NCBI GenBank assembly: GCA_963693365.1
Contig: CAVNZM010000002.1
Location: forward strand, 12,518,328 to 12,582,327
Source of the DNA: Amoebidium appalachense
Lineage: Eukaryota; Protista; Ichthyosporea
Direction: 5' to 3'
Length of the DNA: 64,000 nt
Shown: positions 54,358 to 64,000 of the stretch, piece after piece
Layout of the letters: each line of letters begins with the position of its first letter
How positions within the stretch are numbered: the first letter of the stretch is position 1
Notes under the pieces: model-generated
Databases searched by the model: none
What the model was told of the DNA's origin: nothing
The model's input: the letters and a program-made list of their open reading frames with translations, nothing else
Program-made: the position numbers and the translations under genes

Positions 54358-54483
54358 CGTGTGTGCGTGTGTGTGTATATGTGTGTGTATGTGTCTGTAT
54401 GTGTGTGCACGGCCGGGTGTGTGTGTGTGTACGTGTGTGTGCCTGTGTGTGTGTGTTTGCGTGTGTGTGTGTGTGTGTGTGTG

Positions 54484-54561
<78 letters not shown>

Positions 54562-56308
54562 CATTGTGTGTGTATGATGTGGTGTGCGTGTGTGCGCGCA
54601 CACGGTGTATGTGTAGCACTGTGTGTCACGGTGTATGTATGTGTGTGGGCGCATGTCAATGTGTGCACATTGACTGATAGAGCACAAGCAAGCCTTACTG
54701 TGAGAGACCAGGGGACATAGGGAGTGGGGGATATCCCCGGGTGCGTTGGTGCGGGGCAAGTTGGGAGTTGGGGGGAGGGCAGAAATACCTGTGTGTACGG
54801 CCCGGCCCCTAATATTTTTAGGGTATAGGGGATGGGTTAAACTTTAATACTTAAGTTTGGGGATGGAATACGAAATGGGTGGGGGTCCTTTATGTGGCAG
54901 TAGTAAGATTCTCAATTCATGATCGTCGGATGTATCCCCCCTCCCCCCCCCTCCCCCCTCCACCTCTCCCCCCCCCCCTCCCCCCCCCACGCACATGCAC
55001 TTTTTTAAGGGACCATTCCTCATGGAGAAAGAACGGTGCCTCCCCCTCCTCCACCCCCCTCTCTCCCCACCCCCACCGCCCTCCCTCCGTTTTCCAGATT
55101 CGCTATCTATTGGCCTGGGCAAATGCGCCACCTGCGACCGCATGTACCCATGGAGTATACCGTATGATTAATCGTCATAAAGTTTACCGCGCACACACGT
55201 GCACACACACACGCACACGGACGCACGCAAACACGCACACACGCACTAGCACCCACACCCACACCGGCCGGCATGCATGCATCTGAAACACACGCACACA
55301 CAATCATCACACAACACACACACGTGTGTACAAGCACATGCGTTCTGAACAAACACAAAAACCAACACAAACACAGACAAAGACGCACACACACACACAC
55401 ACACACTGGCACAGACACACAAAGTTCAGTTTAAACTTGTAGTACACATACAATTGCCATCACGATCTTGAGGCAGTAATAAGTGAAGCACTGTAAAGGT
55501 GTGTGTACTGCCCCGGGTGTGTGTGATTGTTTACGGACCAACGTCGGGCCCGGATCGAAATCGAATCGAACCGCTAGAATGTAGCTCTAGAATCACGGCC
55601 ATCAGGTGTTTCTAGATGGCCGTGCTCTAGAATGTACAGTCCCACTGGAAAAAACTGAGTCGCTTTGATTGAGTGAGCGCCGTGAGCGAGGCAGAAGACT
55701 GAAAAAGAGGGAGGGGATCTCCGAGATTAGGAGAGATCTAGATAGAAAGAGAGAAGTCAGCGGGAGAGAGCTAGACAAGGTTTCGTTAGTACCAATACAC
55801 CATATGCGTATAAGCTCACGCAACCAATACACCATATGCGTATAAGCTCACGCATGCACACGTACCTCATAAGATACATGACGCGGCCACCAATAAACAC
55901 ATGGACGCAAGATGAACTCTGGCTTGGGAAAAGCAAATAAGCAGAAATTTTGGCTGTAGGGAGGTGCTGGGGAAGAGTTTGGCAACAAGGAGCAAGAAAC
56001 CAAAATCGATGTTGCTCGAGTGTTAGGAGAGAATAAATTTCACGTTCTCAGAATTGAATCATGCCTAGGCTTTAGAGGCCAGCGCCACAAACCTGTCGAG
56101 ATCTTGTGTTCGAGTCGGAGCCGGGTACGAGAAGTTGAACAGGAATCTGTGAAGAATCTCGGAACCAGGCGTGCCATACAGGATCAGAGATACATTTTAC
56201 ATAAGGGTAAGTCGATGATTTAATCTTTGTGGTTAGTTCTTTTCTTACAGCGTCATTAAGAGCGAGGAATGGAAGTAGTTCCAAGTTGTTATAAATGTTG
56301 TTCAGCCT

Positions 56309-56339
<31 letters not shown>

Positions 56340-56466
56340 GGGCACCTACGGGAACCCTTTCCCTTCCCCTCTTTCCCCTGACTGTGCAAGTGCAATTTAA
56401 AGCCAACAGAAAAAACAATAAAGGAAGCACCCCCCCCCCCCCCCCCCCCCCCCCCCCTCTCCCCCC

Positions 56467-56499
<33 letters not shown>

Positions 56500-57296
56500 A
56501 CACCACCACCACCACCACCGCCGCCGCCACCACCATCCACCCCGGTGACCCACCCACTCACTCGCCTCCTCTCCGCTGAGGGAGCCCACACATACACTTC
56601 TTGTCTTTCCACAAAAAAGCAAACACAAAAACCAGAAAACTTCTCTGAACGGGAGGGGGTGGGGCGGGGGTTAAGGGGAGATGGGGGCGGGGCGGGGCGG
56701 AGCAGGGGGGAGGGGAGGGGGGGGAGGGGGGCAGGCAAGTGATTACCCTCTTCATCCCAATCCCCACCACACGCCCACCCATTCTAGCCCATTCGTGATT
56801 AACCCCCCCCCCCCCCCCCCCCCTCTTCCCGCAACACACACACACTTTTTTTTTTATTGGGGGAGGGGGGGGGTCTGGTTTTTACTCTCTTGTAAAAAGC
56901 GTTTTGTTTTTTGTCTTTTGATGCCTCGACTTCTATAATTCCAAGTACCCAATGCATTCATCCCTCCCCCCCCCCCCCCCCCCCCCTTCCTCCCCCCTTC
57001 TCCCCCCTAAAACCTCCCCCACCATATTCCTTTGTGGTTTTCTTCGCAAATGAATTATCCCACTGCACGGTGCCCTCGGTTTCCGTATCTTTGACTTTGA
57101 ACTGTGTGTTGTTCCCCCTTGTAGTTTGCTCTTTGGTGTCTCCTCCATAATTCCAACCCTCTAATACATACATCAACCCTTCCCCCCCCCCCCCCCCCCC
57201 CCCGGCGCCCTACACACCTCCCATTTCGTTGCTTTCCCCCCTTCTGCCCCCCACCCAACTGTTATGATGCCCATCCGGCCCACTCCCCCCCCCCCC

Positions 57297-57336
<40 letters not shown>

Positions 57337-57666
57337 AAAAAAGGGGGATAGGCTCTGCTTTTTATGCATACCCGTTTTGTGTGGTTTGCATTCTGCATTG
57401 TGTTGTTCCGTTGTGAACGTGTCCTTCGTATTCTAGCACACATTCTAACTCTCGCCGCCCCTCCCCCCTCCCCCCCCCCCCCCCCCTCCCCTTCCGGGGG
57501 TTCCCTAGGCATCGTCTGTACACTCTCCCGCCCGTGCCCCTGCCATGTTATTCTCCTTGTTCATTTGTTCTTTCCGCACATTCCCTTTTTCCAAGGGATA
57601 GTCTTGTAGATGGAGATGCAAACACTGCTGCCCTTGGATCTTTTGTCTGACCCCCACTCTCCCCCC

Positions 57667-57767
<101 letters not shown>

Positions 57768-57787
57768 CTCACGCACACATACACACA

Positions 57788-57848
<61 letters not shown>

Positions 57849-57962
57849 TTCCCGACCACCGTCCCCCCCCAAAAAAATAGGGAAAAGAAAGGAAGACAAA
57901 AGAAAAGAAAAACACAGGATTATCCAAGTGAGCAGCTTTCTGCTGTTTATCAACTAAAAAAA

Positions 57963-63419
<5,457 letters not shown>

Positions 63420-64000
63420 GTATGTCCTCCCCCCCCCTTCCCCCCCCCCCCCCCCCGCGCCAACCACCACCATCCCCCCACCCCCTCTGCCTTGTGAAGG
63501 GAAGCTTAGAGCCTTCCCTCCTCCCCCCGCCCTTTGGGTCTGTTTAGGGGTCTCTTCGCTGCGCTTTTGTTTTGTTTTTATCCTCGTGTATTACCTCACC
63601 CTCCCCCCCCCCCCCCCCCCCCCCCCCCCTCCCCTCCCCCTGGCGCACTGGCAGATAGTTGTTTACTGTTTTCCGCATCCCGTCTTGGGTACGTGGATTT
63701 GGTACCGTGCGTTACTCCCCCCCCCCCCCCACACACACACACACCCACCCACCCACCCACCCACCCCCCCCGCCCACCCACCCACCCACCCACCCACTCA
63801 CCCACCCGCCCTTCTCTTTTCCCTTCCGTTCCCCCTCCCCCCCCCCCCTCTCCCCCCCCCTTTCCCCCGTCGAGGATGGGCTTTACTTGTGATGCATACT
63901 CTTTGGGTGTGATTTGCACTAGCTGCATTATGATGGCGGCCATGAACGTGTACAATTCGTGCTGTCTCTCCCCCCTCCCCCCTTCTTCCCATTCACCGTT

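Noticed and set aside
55791-55852. ~30-bp direct duplication (also a ~78-bp duplication at 18648-18805)
   Set aside because: Simple local tandem duplications with no further structure.

Overview
Eukaryotic, repeat-rich DNA. It is probably opisthokont: the AP-3 beta sequence, Polinton-like DNA and CGC/GCG avoidance would fit an ichthyosporean such as Amoebidium, but that is inference. Transposons: three Ty1/copia elements (one truncated, two with intact ORFs and paired LTRs), a non-autonomous Gypsy-type LTR element, two copies of a LINE-like RT element with a non-poly(A) 3' end, an internally deleted THAP/P element nested in one LINE copy, and a pogo-like transposase relic. Host genes: a frameshifted secreted Pro/Gly/Thr-rich protein gene and the 5' part of a multi-exon AP-3 beta gene with microsatellite-filled introns. 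The main finding is a ~27 kb unit (10864-37834; ~17 kb after removing two later LTR insertions) flanked by a target-site duplication. It has ~3.3 kb inverted arms. Each arm is a Polinton/adintovirus-like terminus plus the N-terminal (terminal-protein/OTU-like) part of a protein-primed PolB, fused to captured intron-containing host DNA. This looks like a non-autonomous, cargo-carrying 'Pack-Polinton'. All family assignments are by motif recognition only; no searches were run.
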